A stretch of DNA of 64,000 nt from an uncultured Clostridia bacterium (lineage in GTDB: Bacteria > Bacillota > Clostridia > Christensenellales > Pumilibacteraceae), in NCBI GenBank assembly GCA_947086925.1, contig CAMUAL010000001.1, positions 1 through 64,000 on the forward strand. Reading direction: 5' to 3'. Below the pieces are notes generated by a model that was not told the DNA's origin, did not search any database, and saw only the letters and a list, made by a program, of their open reading frames with translations. Both the position numbers and the translations under genes were made by a program. This document shows positions 8,495 to 18,242 of this stretch, one piece after another; within the stretch, counting starts at the first letter, position 1; the number at the start of each line of letters is the position of its first letter.

Positions 8495-9322
8495 GTGACA
8501 ATCGGTTGTTTCGGTGACAAACTAAGCCATACCTTTGCCGCGACTGCCGCGTTGATAAAAAGCGGCAATCCCGATGAATGCGAAATTCGCGGATACGACA
8601 GTGTGCGCGCCGCGTTGCAGGCGGTGAAAAACGGCGAGTGTTCGGCGGCTGTGGTTCCCATAGAAAACAGCGTCGAGGGAACGGTTACCGAAACCGCAGA
8701 CTCGCTCGGCGAGCTCGGACTTTACGTAACAGACGAGATTATACTTCCGGTAAGGCAAAGTCTTATAACGCTCGGCGGAGTAAAAAAGGAAGATATAAAA
8801 ACCGTTTATTCGCACCCGCAGGCACTTGCTCAGTGCCGCGAAACGCTGCGTAATGTTTTGCCCGCGGCAAAGTCCGTTCCCGTTGCGTTTACGTCGGCGG
8901 GACTCAATATGCTTGACTCCGACAGTGCGGCAATCGCCCGCGCGCCGAAAGACGGGCAAGTTGTACTCCTCGACAATATAGCCGACTCGGCTGATAACTG
9001 CACGAGATTCATTGCCGTAAAGTCAAAGGCAAACGACGTCGGCGAAAAGATAAGCGTGCTGTTTTCCACCGAAAACAAGCCGGGCGCATTGCTCGACGTG
9101 CTTTCGGTAATAAAGAGTCACGGACTCAATATGGTGAAAATAGAGTCGCGCCCCGCCAAAAAGAAGATGGGGCAGTATGTGTTTTACGTTGATTTTCTTG
9201 TTAGCGGCAAAAGCGTAAAACTTGACGGCATACTCGGCGAAATATCGCTTAAATGCGGAGATTTGCAATTTTTGGGCAGATATAATCCTTATTCGTGGAA
9301 TCCGGCGGATAACAAGCAATAA
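8495..9322 (+). CDS. pheA: prephenate dehydratase (PDT + ACT domain)
   Basis: GTG start with RBS aaggaaa; PDT catalytic domain followed by ACT regulatory domain (ESRPAKKKMGQYVFYVDF). Confidence 0.85.
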   Translation: MTIGCFGDKLSHTFAATAALIKSGNPDECEIRGYDSVRAALQAVKNGECSAAVVPIENSVEGTVTETADSLGELGLYVTDEIILPVRQSLITLGGVKKEDIKTVYSHPQALAQCRETLRNVLPAAKSVPVAFTSAGLNMLDSDSAAIARAPKDGQVVLLDNIADSADNCTRFIAVKSKANDVGEKISVLFSTENKPGALLDVLSVIKSHGLNMVKIESRPAKKKMGQYVFYVDFLVSGKSVKLDGILGEISLKCGDLQFLGRYNPYSWNPADNKQ

Positions 9323-9327
9323 AGAGT

Positions 9328-9426
9328 ACGGCAAAAAACCGAAATCATTTAAACAATAAAAAGCACGGCGGCAAAAAACCGAAATCATTTAAACAATAAA
9401 AAGCATGGCGGCAAAAAACCGCAGAG
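9328..9426 (+). repeat. ~40-bp direct repeat, 2.5 tandem copies, in pheA-secA intergenic/secA leader
   Basis: acggc(ggc)aaaaaaccgaaatcatttaaacaataaaaagc repeated at 9328-9364, 9365-9404 and partial 9405-9426. Confidence 0.85.
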
Positions 9427-9446
9427 AAATAAAAGGAGCAATCTTA

Positions 9447-12155
9447 ATGGGACTTATCAGTTTTATCACGGGAAGCGACAATCGCAAGCATCTTAAAAAG
9501 CTCGAAACCATTGCGCTTAAAGTGGAGGAGTACGACGAGGCGTACCGCAAACTTACCGACGACGAGCTTAAAGCCAAAACCGACGAATTTAAAAAGCGTT
9601 TAAAAGAAAACTACGAAACGCTCGACGACATACTTCCCGAGGCGTTCGCAACGGTGCGCGAGGCAAGCGCGCGCGTGCTCGGCATGCGTCACTTTCACGT
9701 TCAGTTGCTCGGCGGCATAACTCTGCATCAGGGGCGTATTGCCGAGATGCGCACGGGCGAAGGTAAAACTTTGGTTTCCACGCTTCCCGCATACTTAAAC
9801 GCACTTACGGGCGAAGGCGTTCACATTGTAACGGTAAATGATTATCTTGCAAAGCGCGACGCCGAGTGGATGGGCAAAGTTCACCGCTTTTTGGGTCTTA
9901 CCGTGGGCGTTGCCGTATCGGGCATGACTCCCGAGGCAAAACGCGCCGCATACAACTGCGACATTACGTATGCAACGAACAACGAGCTCGGATTCGATTA
10001 CCTCAGAGACAACATGGTTATTTACAAAGAAGAAATGGTGCAGCGCAAACTCAGCTATGCCATAATCGACGAGGTTGACTCGATTTTAATCGACGAGGCG
10101 CGCACTCCGCTTATTATATCGGGCAGAGGAGAAAAATCGAGCGAGCTTTACATTAAAGCGAATCAGTTCGTTAAGCGCGAGGTTAAAGAGGACGATTACG
10201 AATACGACGAAAAGAAAAAGGGCATAAACCTTACCGAGTCGGGCACGGAAAAAGCCGAAATGTTTTTCGGAATAGACAACCTTGCCGATGTGGAAAACAG
10301 CGATATTGCGCACTATGTAAATAACGCGCTCCGCGCACACAAGATTATGAAGCGCGACCAAGACTACATTGTAAGCGACGGCGAAGTCGTTATAGTAGAC
10401 GAATTTACGGGTCGCCTTATGGTTGGGCGCAGGTACAGCGACGGATTACATCAGGCAATCGAGGCGAAAGAAAACGTAACTATTCGCAACGAGAACAAAA
10501 CTCTCGCAACAATCACGTTTCAGAACTACTTCCGTCTTTACGACAAGCTCGGCGGCATGACGGGTACCGCCAAAACCGAAGAATCCGAGTTCAAAGGCAT
10601 TTACGGCTTAGACGTTGTTGAGATTCCCACCAATGTTCCGAGTAAGCGCGTAGACGAAAACGACGTAATTTACACTACCGTAAACGGCAAATTAAAAGCG
10701 GTTATCGAGGATATAAAAGAGTGCACTCAGCGCGGACAACCCGTGCTTGTGGGTACGACAAACGTAGAAAAGAGCGAGGAGCTGGCGCGCCTTCTCAAAG
10801 GTCAGAGAATAGAGCACAGCGTGCTTAACGCAAAGAACCATGAAAAAGAGGCGGAGATAATAGCTCAGGCGGGCAGAGTCGGCGCGGTTACAATCGCAAC
10901 CAACATGGCAGGCCGCGGTACCGATATTCTGCTTGGCGGCAATCCCGAATATCTTGCGAAAAAGCGCATGCGCGACCTTGGCGTAGACGAAAAGCTTATA
11001 AGCGCGGCAACCGCTTACTTCAATACCGAAGACCCCGATATTCTTGCCGCCCGCGCTCAGTACAAAAAATTCTATGATGAATACAAAGCCGAAGCGGATG
11101 TCGAAAAAGAAAAAGTTATCGCGGTGGGCGGTTTGCGCATCATAGGCACCGAGCGTCACGAATCGCGCCGAATCGACAATCAGTTGCGCGGTCGTGCGGG
11201 ACGTCAGGGCGATATGGGTTCGAGTATCTTCTATCTTAGCATGGAAGACGATTTGTTAAGACTGTTCGGCGGCGACAGAATGAAACGCATAGCCGAAATA
11301 TTCGGAGGCGACGAGGATACGCCTTTCAGCATGAAGCTTCTTACAAAGCAGATTGCAAACGCACAGCGCAACGTAGAGGGCAGAAACTACTCTATACGTA
11401 AGCAAGTACTCGAATACGACAACGTAATGAACACTCAGCGTACGATAATTTATCAGGAACGCAATAAGGTGCTGTCGGGCGAGAGCGTACATGAACAAAT
11501 CGACACGATGATGCACGAGCAAATCGAAAAGATTGTCGATATGTACACCGACCCCAAGGTTGATTGGAACGATTGGGATTACGAAAATCTAAACAAAGAA
11601 ATCGAGCGCAAGCTTATTCCCGGCGACACAACTTTCCTCACGGAAGACCGCATGGAAAAATGGGCTCTCGAAGAAATAAAAGAGCAGATTTACACCGCCA
11701 TGCAAACCTATTATACTCAGAAAATCGACAACGCAAAAGAGCTCGGAGTCGATTTTGAGGAAATAGAGCGCGTTATACTTCTTAAAGTGGTAGACAAGCA
11801 GTGGATGGACCATATCGACTCTATGGATGCGTTGCGTCGCGGAATAGGGCTTAAAGCGTACGGTCAGCAAGACCCCGTTATTGCTTACAAGCAAGAGGGA
11901 TTTGCTATGTTCGACGATATGATAGACCGTATCCACGAGGACACGGTTGCGCTCCTTATGCGCGTAAACGTAGAGCGCGCACCCAAGCGCGAGGGGCAGA
12001 ACCTCGACCTTGTTGTATCGAGCGGCGGAAGCAAACAGGCAAAAGCTCCCTCGGTCAATCGCAGTGAAAACAAAGACGTAGGGCGCAACGACCTTTGCCC
12101 TTGCGGAAGCGGCAAAAAGTATAAAAACTGTTGTTGGGACAAAGACCATAAGTAA
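9447..12155 (+). CDS. secA: preprotein translocase ATPase SecA
   Basis: Start at ATG 9447 (MGLISFITG, RBS aaggag 8 nt upstream) rather than track start 9405 which lies in the repeat; DEAD-motor, PPXD, HSD and C-terminal zinc finger CPCGSGKKYKNCC all present. Confidence 0.95.
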   Translation: MGLISFITGSDNRKHLKKLETIALKVEEYDEAYRKLTDDELKAKTDEFKKRLKENYETLDDILPEAFATVREASARVLGMRHFHVQLLGGITLHQGRIAEMRTGEGKTLVSTLPAYLNALTGEGVHIVTVNDYLAKRDAEWMGKVHRFLGLTVGVAVSGMTPEAKRAAYNCDITYATNNELGFDYLRDNMVIYKEEMVQRKLSYAIIDEVDSILIDEARTPLIISGRGEKSSELYIKANQFVKREVKEDDYEYDEKKKGINLTESGTEKAEMFFGIDNLADVENSDIAHYVNNALRAHKIMKRDQDYIVSDGEVVIVDEFTGRLMVGRRYSDGLHQAIEAKENVTIRNENKTLATITFQNYFRLYDKLGGMTGTAKTEESEFKGIYGLDVVEIPTNVPSKRVDENDVIYTTVNGKLKAVIEDIKECTQRGQPVLVGTTNVEKSEELARLLKGQRIEHSVLNAKNHEKEAEIIAQAGRVGAVTIATNMAGRGTDILLGGNPEYLAKKRMRDLGVDEKLISAATAYFNTEDPDILAARAQYKKFYDEYKAEADVEKEKVIAVGGLRIIGTERHESRRIDNQLRGRAGRQGDMGSSIFYLSMEDDLLRLFGGDRMKRIAEIFGGDEDTPFSMKLLTKQIANAQRNVEGRNYSIRKQVLEYDNVMNTQRTIIYQERNKVLSGESVHEQIDTMMHEQIEKIVDMYTDPKVDWNDWDYENLNKEIERKLIPGDTTFLTEDRMEKWALEEIKEQIYTAMQTYYTQKIDNAKELGVDFEEIERVILLKVVDKQWMDHIDSMDALRRGIGLKAYGQQDPVIAYKQEGFAMFDDMIDRIHEDTVALLMRVNVERAPKREGQNLDLVVSSGGSKQAKAPSVNRSENKDVGRNDLCPCGSGKKYKNCCWDKDHK

Positions 12156-12170
12156 AATCACGGTAAAAAA

Positions 12171-13268
12171 ATGCTGATATTAGACGAACAGAAACAGCGC
12201 ATAAAGACGCTTAAAAACAAATTCGACGGTTGCTGCGAAGCATTTAACGAAGGTGAGCTTAGCGATAAGCTCGCCTCTTTAAACGAGGCTCAGCAAGACC
12301 CGGAGCTTTACAAAGATTTAAAGCGCGCGCAAAGTATAAATTCGGAAGCGAAATACATTTCGTCGCTTTTATCCGACCTTAAATCCAAACGGAGTAAAAT
12401 AGACGATATTGCGGAATTTGTTTCGGCGGCAGAAAGCGAATCGGACGAGGAGCTTATTGCGGAAATCGATTCCGCGCTTTCGGAAATCGAAAACGAGGTT
12501 GAAACTCTGCACCTTAAAACACTGCTTAAAGGAGAGTACGACCATTACAACGCAATACTTACGCTTCATGCGGGCGCGGGCGGTACCGAGGCGCAAGATT
12601 GGACGCAGATGCTTTACCGCATGTATAAAATGTATTGCGACAAAAACGGTTTTACCTACGAAGAACTCGACTACTTGCCGGGCGACGAAGCGGGAATAAA
12701 GAGCGTTACGTTCAGAGTAATAGGCACAAACGCTTACGGCTATCTCAAAGCCGAAAAGGGAGTGCACCGTCTTGTGCGCATTTCGCCGTTCGACAGTAAC
12801 GCCCGCCGACACACAAGCTTTGCGAGTTTGGAAGTTATGCCCGAAATCGAGAACGACGAGAGCGTGAAAATAAATCCGGAAGATTTAAGAATCGATACTT
12901 ACCGTAGCGGCGGCGCGGGCGGTCAGCACATAAACAAAACCGACTCGGCGGTGCGCATAACTCATATTCCCACGGGAATAGTAGTGCAGTGTCAAAACGA
13001 GCGCAGTCAGATTCAGAATCGCGAAACCGCAATGAAAATGTTGCTCGGCAAGCTTGTGGAACTGCGCGAGCGCGAACTCGAAGAAAAAGCAAACGCCATT
13101 AAGGGCGAAATGAAAAAAATCGAGTGGGGCAGTCAAATACGTTCATACGTATTTCAGCCTTACACTATGGTTAAAGACCACCGCACGGGCTACGAGAAAC
13201 CCGACGTTCAGGCGGTCATGGACGGCGACATTGCGGAGTTTATATTCGACTATTTACGCAAATCTTAA
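12171..13268 (+). CDS. prfB: peptide chain release factor 2
   Basis: 365 aa, GGQ motif ([12 protein letters not shown]), SPF tripeptide (RISPFDS); single continuous ORF, no CUU-UGA-C frameshift site detected. Confidence 0.9.
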   Translation: MLILDEQKQRIKTLKNKFDGCCEAFNEGELSDKLASLNEAQQDPELYKDLKRAQSINSEAKYISSLLSDLKSKRSKIDDIAEFVSAAESESDEELIAEIDSALSEIENEVETLHLKTLLKGEYDHYNAILTLHAGAGGTEAQDWTQMLYRMYKMYCDKNGFTYEELDYLPGDEAGIKSVTFRVIGTNAYGYLKAEKGVHRLVRISPFDSNARRHTSFASLEVMPEIENDESVKINPEDLRIDTYRSGGAGGQHINKTDSAVRITHIPTGIVVQCQNERSQIQNRETAMKMLLGKLVELRERELEEKANAIKGEMKKIEWGSQIRSYVFQPYTMVKDHRTGYEKPDVQAVMDGDIAEFIFDYLRKS

Positions 13269-13325
13269 AGGCGTCGTATAAGGTCGCATATAGCGGCTAA
13301 TTCGTTGCATTGGCTATTGTGTATT

Positions 13326-13351
13326 GTCATTCCGAGCGTAGTCGAGGAATC
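13326..13351 (+). repeat. dispersed hairpin repeat unit (family A, AT-stem variant gtcattccgagcgtagtcgaggaatc)
   Basis: Stem attcc/ggaat around conserved loop gagcgtagtcga; same family as copies at 33148, 37248, 39450, 39553 and inverted copies at 33108, 39486, 54769. Confidence 0.8.
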
Positions 13352-13485
13352 TTATCTTTAATCTAATTCAATGCCCCTTTGGGGCGGTGGAACACAAGGG
13401 GGGGGAATTCCAATTATTCTCTGCCTTGTATTTTCCGTGTCATTGGCGGGTGATTTTTTTAAGGAAATCGGGTGGCGGAAGCAAT

Positions 13486-13514
13486 TTGACTTTATCGGCT
13501 CGGAGTGTTATACT
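13486..13514 (+). promoter_or_regulatory. promoter TTGACT-17-TATACT for tsaD (near-leaderless)
   Basis: -35 13486-13491, -10 13509-13514; predicted TSS ~13521, ATG at 13523. Confidence 0.45.
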
Positions 13515-13522
13515 ACGCCTAT

Positions 13523-14596
13523 ATGTATATTGAACTCGCACAACAACAATTCGATAAAATAAAGAACAATCCCGACGCGGTTATTTTGGGCATAGAAAGC
13601 TCATGCGACGAAACTGCGGCGGCGGTTGTGCGCGGCGGAAGAATTATGCTGAGTAACGTAATCGCCTCGCAAATCGAAATACATAAGCGTTTCGGCGGCG
13701 TAGTGCCTGAGGTTGCAAGCCGCAATCATACGCTTGCTTTGCCAGATATAATCGACGAAGCTTTAAAACAGGCAAACGTGAGCGCAAGCGATTTGAGCGC
13801 GGTTGCCGTAACTTACGGCGCGGGACTTATCGGCGCACTGCTTGTGGGAGTGGCGGCGGCAAAGTCGTATGCCTATGCAATAAACAAGCCGCTTATAGCC
13901 GTAAATCATATAGAGGCGCATGTTTCGGCAAACTATATTTCGCACCCGGATTTAAAGCCGCCCTTTTGCGCGCTTGTGGCGAGCGGCGGACACACTCTTT
14001 TGCTGAATGCGACCGATTACAATAAGTACGCAATGCTCGGCGGTACGCTCGACGACGCGCTCGGCGAAGCGTTCGATAAAGTCGCGCGCGTTTTGGGACT
14101 TCCGTACCCCGGAGGACCGAACGTAGAAAAGCTTGCGCACGAAGGCTCGGCAAATATCCGACTATATAAGCACCCCAAGGGTGTGCGCGAAGATTTGTCG
14201 CTTTCGTACTCCGGACTTAAAACCGCAGTGGTAAATTATGTGAACACGTTAAGACAAAAGGGGGAGAAAATCCCCGTTGCCGATATATGCGCCTCGTTTA
14301 CAAGCGAGTCGTTGTCGCTTTTGGCTAAAACCGCGTCGGAGGCAATGAAGCGTACGGGATACAGCCGACTTGTGCTTGCGGGCGGGGTTGCCTCTAACGG
14401 CGATTTGCGCAGACTTCTTTGTGCCGAGGGCGAAAAAAACGGTTTTACAGTGAGTTTCCCGCCGCACGTGCTTTGCACCGACAACGCCGCCATGGTTGCG
14501 TCACGCGCTTACTTCATGGCGCAAGACGGGTTGGGACTTGCCGATTTGAGCCTTAACGCAAAATCCCACATACCTTTCGAGGAAAAAATATTATGA
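13523..14596 (+). CDS. tsaD: tRNA N6-adenosine threonylcarbamoyltransferase TsaD (Kae1/Gcp family)
   Basis: ILGIESSCDETAAAVV N-terminus, metal-binding His pair region (HIEAHVSANY), conserved C-terminal CTDNAAM; ATG 13523 chosen because track GTG start 13505 overlaps the -10. Confidence 0.85.
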   Translation: MYIELAQQQFDKIKNNPDAVILGIESSCDETAAAVVRGGRIMLSNVIASQIEIHKRFGGVVPEVASRNHTLALPDIIDEALKQANVSASDLSAVAVTYGAGLIGALLVGVAAAKSYAYAINKPLIAVNHIEAHVSANYISHPDLKPPFCALVASGGHTLLLNATDYNKYAMLGGTLDDALGEAFDKVARVLGLPYPGGPNVEKLAHEGSANIRLYKHPKGVREDLSLSYSGLKTAVVNYVNTLRQKGEKIPVADICASFTSESLSLLAKTASEAMKRTGYSRLVLAGGVASNGDLRRLLCAEGEKNGFTVSFPPHVLCTDNAAMVASRAYFMAQDGLGLADLSLNAKSHIPFEEKIL

Positions 14597-15720
14597 ATAA
14601 AAAAACCGTTGTTGTGGGAATATCGGGCGGAGTGGATTCGTCGGTTGCGGCGTACTTACTGCGCGAGCAAGGCTACAACGTAATCGGATTGTTTATGAAT
14701 AATTGGGAAGACGAGGACGAGGGCGACTCGGCATGCTCGTCGGCAACCGATTGGCAGGATGCGCGCGCGGTTTGCGCGGGACTCGGGATTCCCGCGTATT
14801 CGGTGAACTTTTCCGCAGAATATTACAGTCGCGTGTTCGAGTATTTTTTATCGGAATACAAAAAGGGACGCACGCCGAATCCCGACGTGCTTTGCAACCG
14901 CGAAATAAAATTCGGTCCGTTTGCCGAATACGCAAAAAAACTCGGTGCCGATTACATTGCCACGGGGCATTACTGCGCCGTTAAACATACCTGCGGCGGC
15001 GGCGAGTTGTACGAGTGCGCCGACAAGAACAAGGACCAAACGTACTTTTTAAATCAGGTGCTCACAAGTCAGCTCGGCAACGTGCTGTTTCCGCTGTCGG
15101 AACTCGAAAAGGGCGAGGTTCGCAAAATCGCCGACAAGCTCAATTTGGTAACCGCAAAAAAGAAAGATTCCACCGGCATATGCTTTATAGGCGAGCGCAA
15201 CTTCAAAAAGTTTTTGTCGCAGTATCTGCCCGCACGGCAGGGAAATATTGTGGACACCGACGGCAATGTTATAGGCAAACACGACGGACTTATGTATTAC
15301 ACGCTCGGACAGCGCAGAGGACTCGGCATAGGCGGAATAGCTGGCTACGCTCAAAACCGATGGTTTGTAGTAGATAAGGATTTGAGTAAAAACGAGCTTG
15401 TGGTTAAGTGCGGCGAGGGCGACGAGCTTATGTCCGATGCGCTTGACACGCAGGGATTTAACGTGATAGGCGAATACCGCTATACCGCGCCTTTTAAAGC
15501 CAAAGTAAAAACGCGCTACCGTCAGCCCGCGCAAGACGCAACGGTTACTTTTACCCAATCGGGAGCGCACATAGAGTTTAACGAGCCGCAACGCGCCGTA
15601 ACTCCGGGGCAGTATGCCGTGGTTTATATAAACGACGGCAATCCAAATCGACTTCGCTGTTTGGGCGGAGGAGCTATATCGGATTGCAGACCGATAATTC
15701 AAAAATTAAAATCAGATTAA
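14593..15720 (+). CDS. mnmA: tRNA-specific 2-thiouridylase MnmA
   Basis: PP-loop SGGVDSS, catalytic Cys region, ATGA overlap with tsaD stop (translational coupling). Confidence 0.9.
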   Translation: MNKKTVVVGISGGVDSSVAAYLLREQGYNVIGLFMNNWEDEDEGDSACSSATDWQDARAVCAGLGIPAYSVNFSAEYYSRVFEYFLSEYKKGRTPNPDVLCNREIKFGPFAEYAKKLGADYIATGHYCAVKHTCGGGELYECADKNKDQTYFLNQVLTSQLGNVLFPLSELEKGEVRKIADKLNLVTAKKKDSTGICFIGERNFKKFLSQYLPARQGNIVDTDGNVIGKHDGLMYYTLGQRRGLGIGGIAGYAQNRWFVVDKDLSKNELVVKCGEGDELMSDALDTQGFNVIGEYRYTAPFKAKVKTRYRQPAQDATVTFTQSGAHIEFNEPQRAVTPGQYAVVYINDGNPNRLRCLGGGAISDCRPIIQKLKSD

Positions 15721-15807
15721 AAAATTCTCTTTTGAGATTATATTTTTTGCGTTGTACGTACTTTATCGTTTATAATAAAGCAAAGAAATAAAAAACGGAG
15801 AGTTTAT

Positions 15808-16674
15808 ATGTTTACTTTGTCCACCGATACTTCTTGCGACGTAAAGCGCAATGAACTTGACGAAGCGGGTATACCGTGGGTGCCGCTTACTTTTACGATT
15901 GACGGCGAAACACGACCCGACGATTTCACAACCGACGAACAGTATAAGGAATTTTACGCAAAAGTGCGCGGCGGCGCAATGCCCACCACAAGTCAGATAA
16001 CGGCATTTGCTCACGAAGAATTTTTCGAAAAGCTGATAGCGGACGGGGCAACCGATATTGTGCATTTAACGCTTTCGAGCGGACTCAGCGAAACGTATAA
16101 TCAGGCATGCAAGGGAGCGGCGGCGGTAATGGCGCGTCACCCCGACTGTACCGTAAATATAGTCGATTCGCTCGGCGCAACGCAGGTTCACCACATGGTG
16201 CTCGACGACGCGTCGGAATTGCAACGAAAAGGACTCTGCGGCGCAGAGGCGGCAAAAATACTTAACGCTCAGAACAAAAAAATTCACGTTCTTTTTATGG
16301 TAGACGACCTTAATCATCTGCGCAGAGGCGGTCGCGTTTCGGGCGTTGCCGCGGCAATAGGTACTCTGCTTAAAATCAAACCGATAATTGCGTTCGACAA
16401 AGAGGGTAAACTGCGCGTAGTTCATAAAGCCAAGGGCACTCGCAAAGCAATGGAATACGTAATAAGCGAAATCAAAAGGCATTCGCCCGACGTAAAAACG
16501 GTTTACATTGCGCAGGGCGACGCCGAAGAACTTTGCTCGGAGATGACCGAAATGCTTAAAAGCGAATTCGGGTGCGAAGTAAAATCGGGTTGGTGCGGAC
16601 CGGTAATAGGCGCGCACACGGGCGCGGGAATTTTGGGTATGATATTCAAGTGCGACCACGAGCGCGAACTTTAA
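15808..16674 (+). CDS. DegV family fatty-acid-binding protein
   Basis: 288 aa; DegV/EDD fold signature (STDTSCD..., MPTTSQ, HLRRGGRVSG). Confidence 0.85.
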   Translation: MFTLSTDTSCDVKRNELDEAGIPWVPLTFTIDGETRPDDFTTDEQYKEFYAKVRGGAMPTTSQITAFAHEEFFEKLIADGATDIVHLTLSSGLSETYNQACKGAAAVMARHPDCTVNIVDSLGATQVHHMVLDDASELQRKGLCGAEAAKILNAQNKKIHVLFMVDDLNHLRRGGRVSGVAAAIGTLLKIKPIIAFDKEGKLRVVHKAKGTRKAMEYVISEIKRHSPDVKTVYIAQGDAEELCSEMTEMLKSEFGCEVKSGWCGPVIGAHTGAGILGMIFKCDHEREL

Positions 16675-16703
16675 AATTTTATAAAATCGTAAAAACAAAA
16701 ACA

Positions 16704-16745
16704 ATGCGAGAGCGAATTACTAAGCTCCCGCATTTTCTTTTTTTG
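16704..16745. terminator. bidirectional terminator between degV (+) and esterase gene (-)
   Basis: Stem atgcgagagc/gctcccgcat (one wobble) flanked by A-run upstream and T-run downstream. Confidence 0.6.
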
Positions 16746-16761
16746 TTGCAGTTTGCCTGAT

Positions 16762-18057
16762 TTAAATTCCGACGAAATAAGGCAAAAAGTTATAAAGAGC
16801 AAGATGCCAACAACTTATTGCGTGCTTGCATAACGGGAATACGTCGAAGCAAGTGTTTACGTTTTGTTTAAGACGGCTGTCTGCTTTAAGAAATTCGCGA
16901 TATTCTTTGATTTGTCCCGAAAGCGGAAAATCGAAACTGCCCGAACTTACGTACAGATAATTTATCGGCAGGACTTTAAATTCGTCGCTCATAGCCGTTT
17001 TGCCGTAATAGTCTATATCGGTGCGACTTCCGCTGAAAACGCCGAAGTAGGAAAAATAATCAAGGCTTCCGCAAAGCGCGGAGTGTAGCGTGGTAACCGC
17101 TCCTCGCGATAATCCCGCAAAAGCGCGGTGATTTCGGCTGTTTATAAATCCCTCGTCGGTAGTGTCGGCGGCGTAGGTGGAATACGTGCTTTCGATAAGC
17201 GGCATTAAATCGTTCCGCAGTTCGTCTTTAAACGAATAAGTCAGTTCGTCGAGATTATCCGCGCAGTCGTTTTCGGTGTAGAACGACGGTGTTACTATTA
17301 TAAGAGGCTTTATTATTTTGCGGTGAATCATGTTGTCTACCATGGTTTTGTTATAGCCGTAAGTTTTAAGCCAATACTCCTCGTCGTCGCCCGTGCCGTG
17401 CATAAGGTATAAAATATCGTACTCGTTTTCTTCCGTGTATCCGTAAGGCAGGTATACCCATGCTTTTTTCGTAACTTCTCGGTTGTCGGTGGCGTAGGCT
17501 TTTGTTTTGTATTCGATGGCTGAAAGAGTCCCTTTTTCGGGGCAGTCGGCTTTGTCGAAAATATCGGGGACAGCCCATATTTCGCGCCCGCAGTAGTCGC
17601 GCCCGTTAGCGTTCGAAATATTCACTCCGCCGAATATAACGCAAAATAATAAAACCGCCGCTGTTGCCGCAATGACGGGAATACGGAATAACCGCGGCTT
17701 TAACTTATCTTTAATCTGAAATACAAGCGCGGCGACTCCGCCCGCAAATAAAACCGCCGCCTGAACGAAAAAGGTAAAATTGAAAAGCGGCATGCCGGCG
17801 TAATTCGTGTTGCAACCTATTATAAAATATATAATTCCCACTGCCGCTCCGAGCCCGCTTAGGCGCAGAGTGAATCCGAGTAATACAATAAGGCATAAAC
17901 ATAAATTTACCGCAAGCATAACCGTAAAGGTAGTGATTTCGCCGAGCGCGGCATACCTTATCACGTCGATTACCGACATTAGTAAACTTAATATAAAAGC
18001 CGAAAAAGCGAACAAATCGCATTTACTGTACTTTTTAAATAACTCTTTTACGTTCAT
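16762..18057 (-). CDS. membrane-anchored esterase (putative esterase / esterase-D-like family, alpha/beta hydrolase)
   Basis: Start moved to ATG 18057 (MNVKEL, RBS gaggtg 5 nt upstream); N-terminal 4-5 TM helices, then esterase domain (YDILYLMHGTGDDEEYW..., GLSRGA nucleophile elbow). Confidence 0.75.
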   Translation of the reverse strand: MNVKELFKKYSKCDLFAFSAFILSLLMSVIDVIRYAALGEITTFTVMLAVNLCLCLIVLLGFTLRLSGLGAAVGIIYFIIGCNTNYAGMPLFNFTFFVQAAVLFAGGVAALVFQIKDKLKPRLFRIPVIAATAAVLLFCVIFGGVNISNANGRDYCGREIWAVPDIFDKADCPEKGTLSAIEYKTKAYATDNREVTKKAWVYLPYGYTEENEYDILYLMHGTGDDEEYWLKTYGYNKTMVDNMIHRKIIKPLIIVTPSFYTENDCADNLDELTYSFKDELRNDLMPLIESTYSTYAADTTDEGFINSRNHRAFAGLSRGAVTTLHSALCGSLDYFSYFGVFSGSRTDIDYYGKTAMSDEFKVLPINYLYVSSGSFDFPLSGQIKEYREFLKADSRLKQNVNTCFDVFPLCKHAISCWHLALYNFLPYFVGI

Positions 18058-18112
18058 TTCGCACCTCATGCTTTTATTGTACAACATATATAAGTAAAAG
18101 AAAAGGATACGT

Positions 18113-18170
18113 GCAATTTTTGCATAAAAACGTGCAAAATTTGACAGTTTTGTTTCCTTTTATTAAATCC
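18113..18170 (+). promoter_or_regulatory. candidate promoter (TTGACA-16-TTAAAT) for GH3 gene preceded by palindrome tgcaa-ttttt-ttgca
   Basis: Palindrome 18113-18125 (also direct repeat acgtgcaa[t/a]ttt x2), TTGACA 18142-18147; divergent region between esterase and GH3 genes. Confidence 0.4.
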
Positions 18171-18242
18171 CTTGTTAAAATTTTTTTGCGTCGGGTGAAT
18201 AGGTGTAAACCCGTTAAGCAAAGATAACAAGGAGGAACATGA

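Noticed and set aside
9328-9426. Possible CRISPR array (regular direct repeats)
   Set aside because: There are only 2.5 copies, the units are directly adjacent with no spacers, and no cas genes are present. The same applies to 57149-57225.
12171-12300. Programmed +1 frameshift site in prfB
   Set aside because: No in-frame UGA or CUU-UGA-C motif was found in the first ~40 codons, and the ORF is continuous from ATG 12171.
13371-13562. 63-aa ORF in the prfB-tsaD spacer
   Set aside because: It is translated from the hairpin repeat and the tsaD promoter. It is an artefact of the repeat element.
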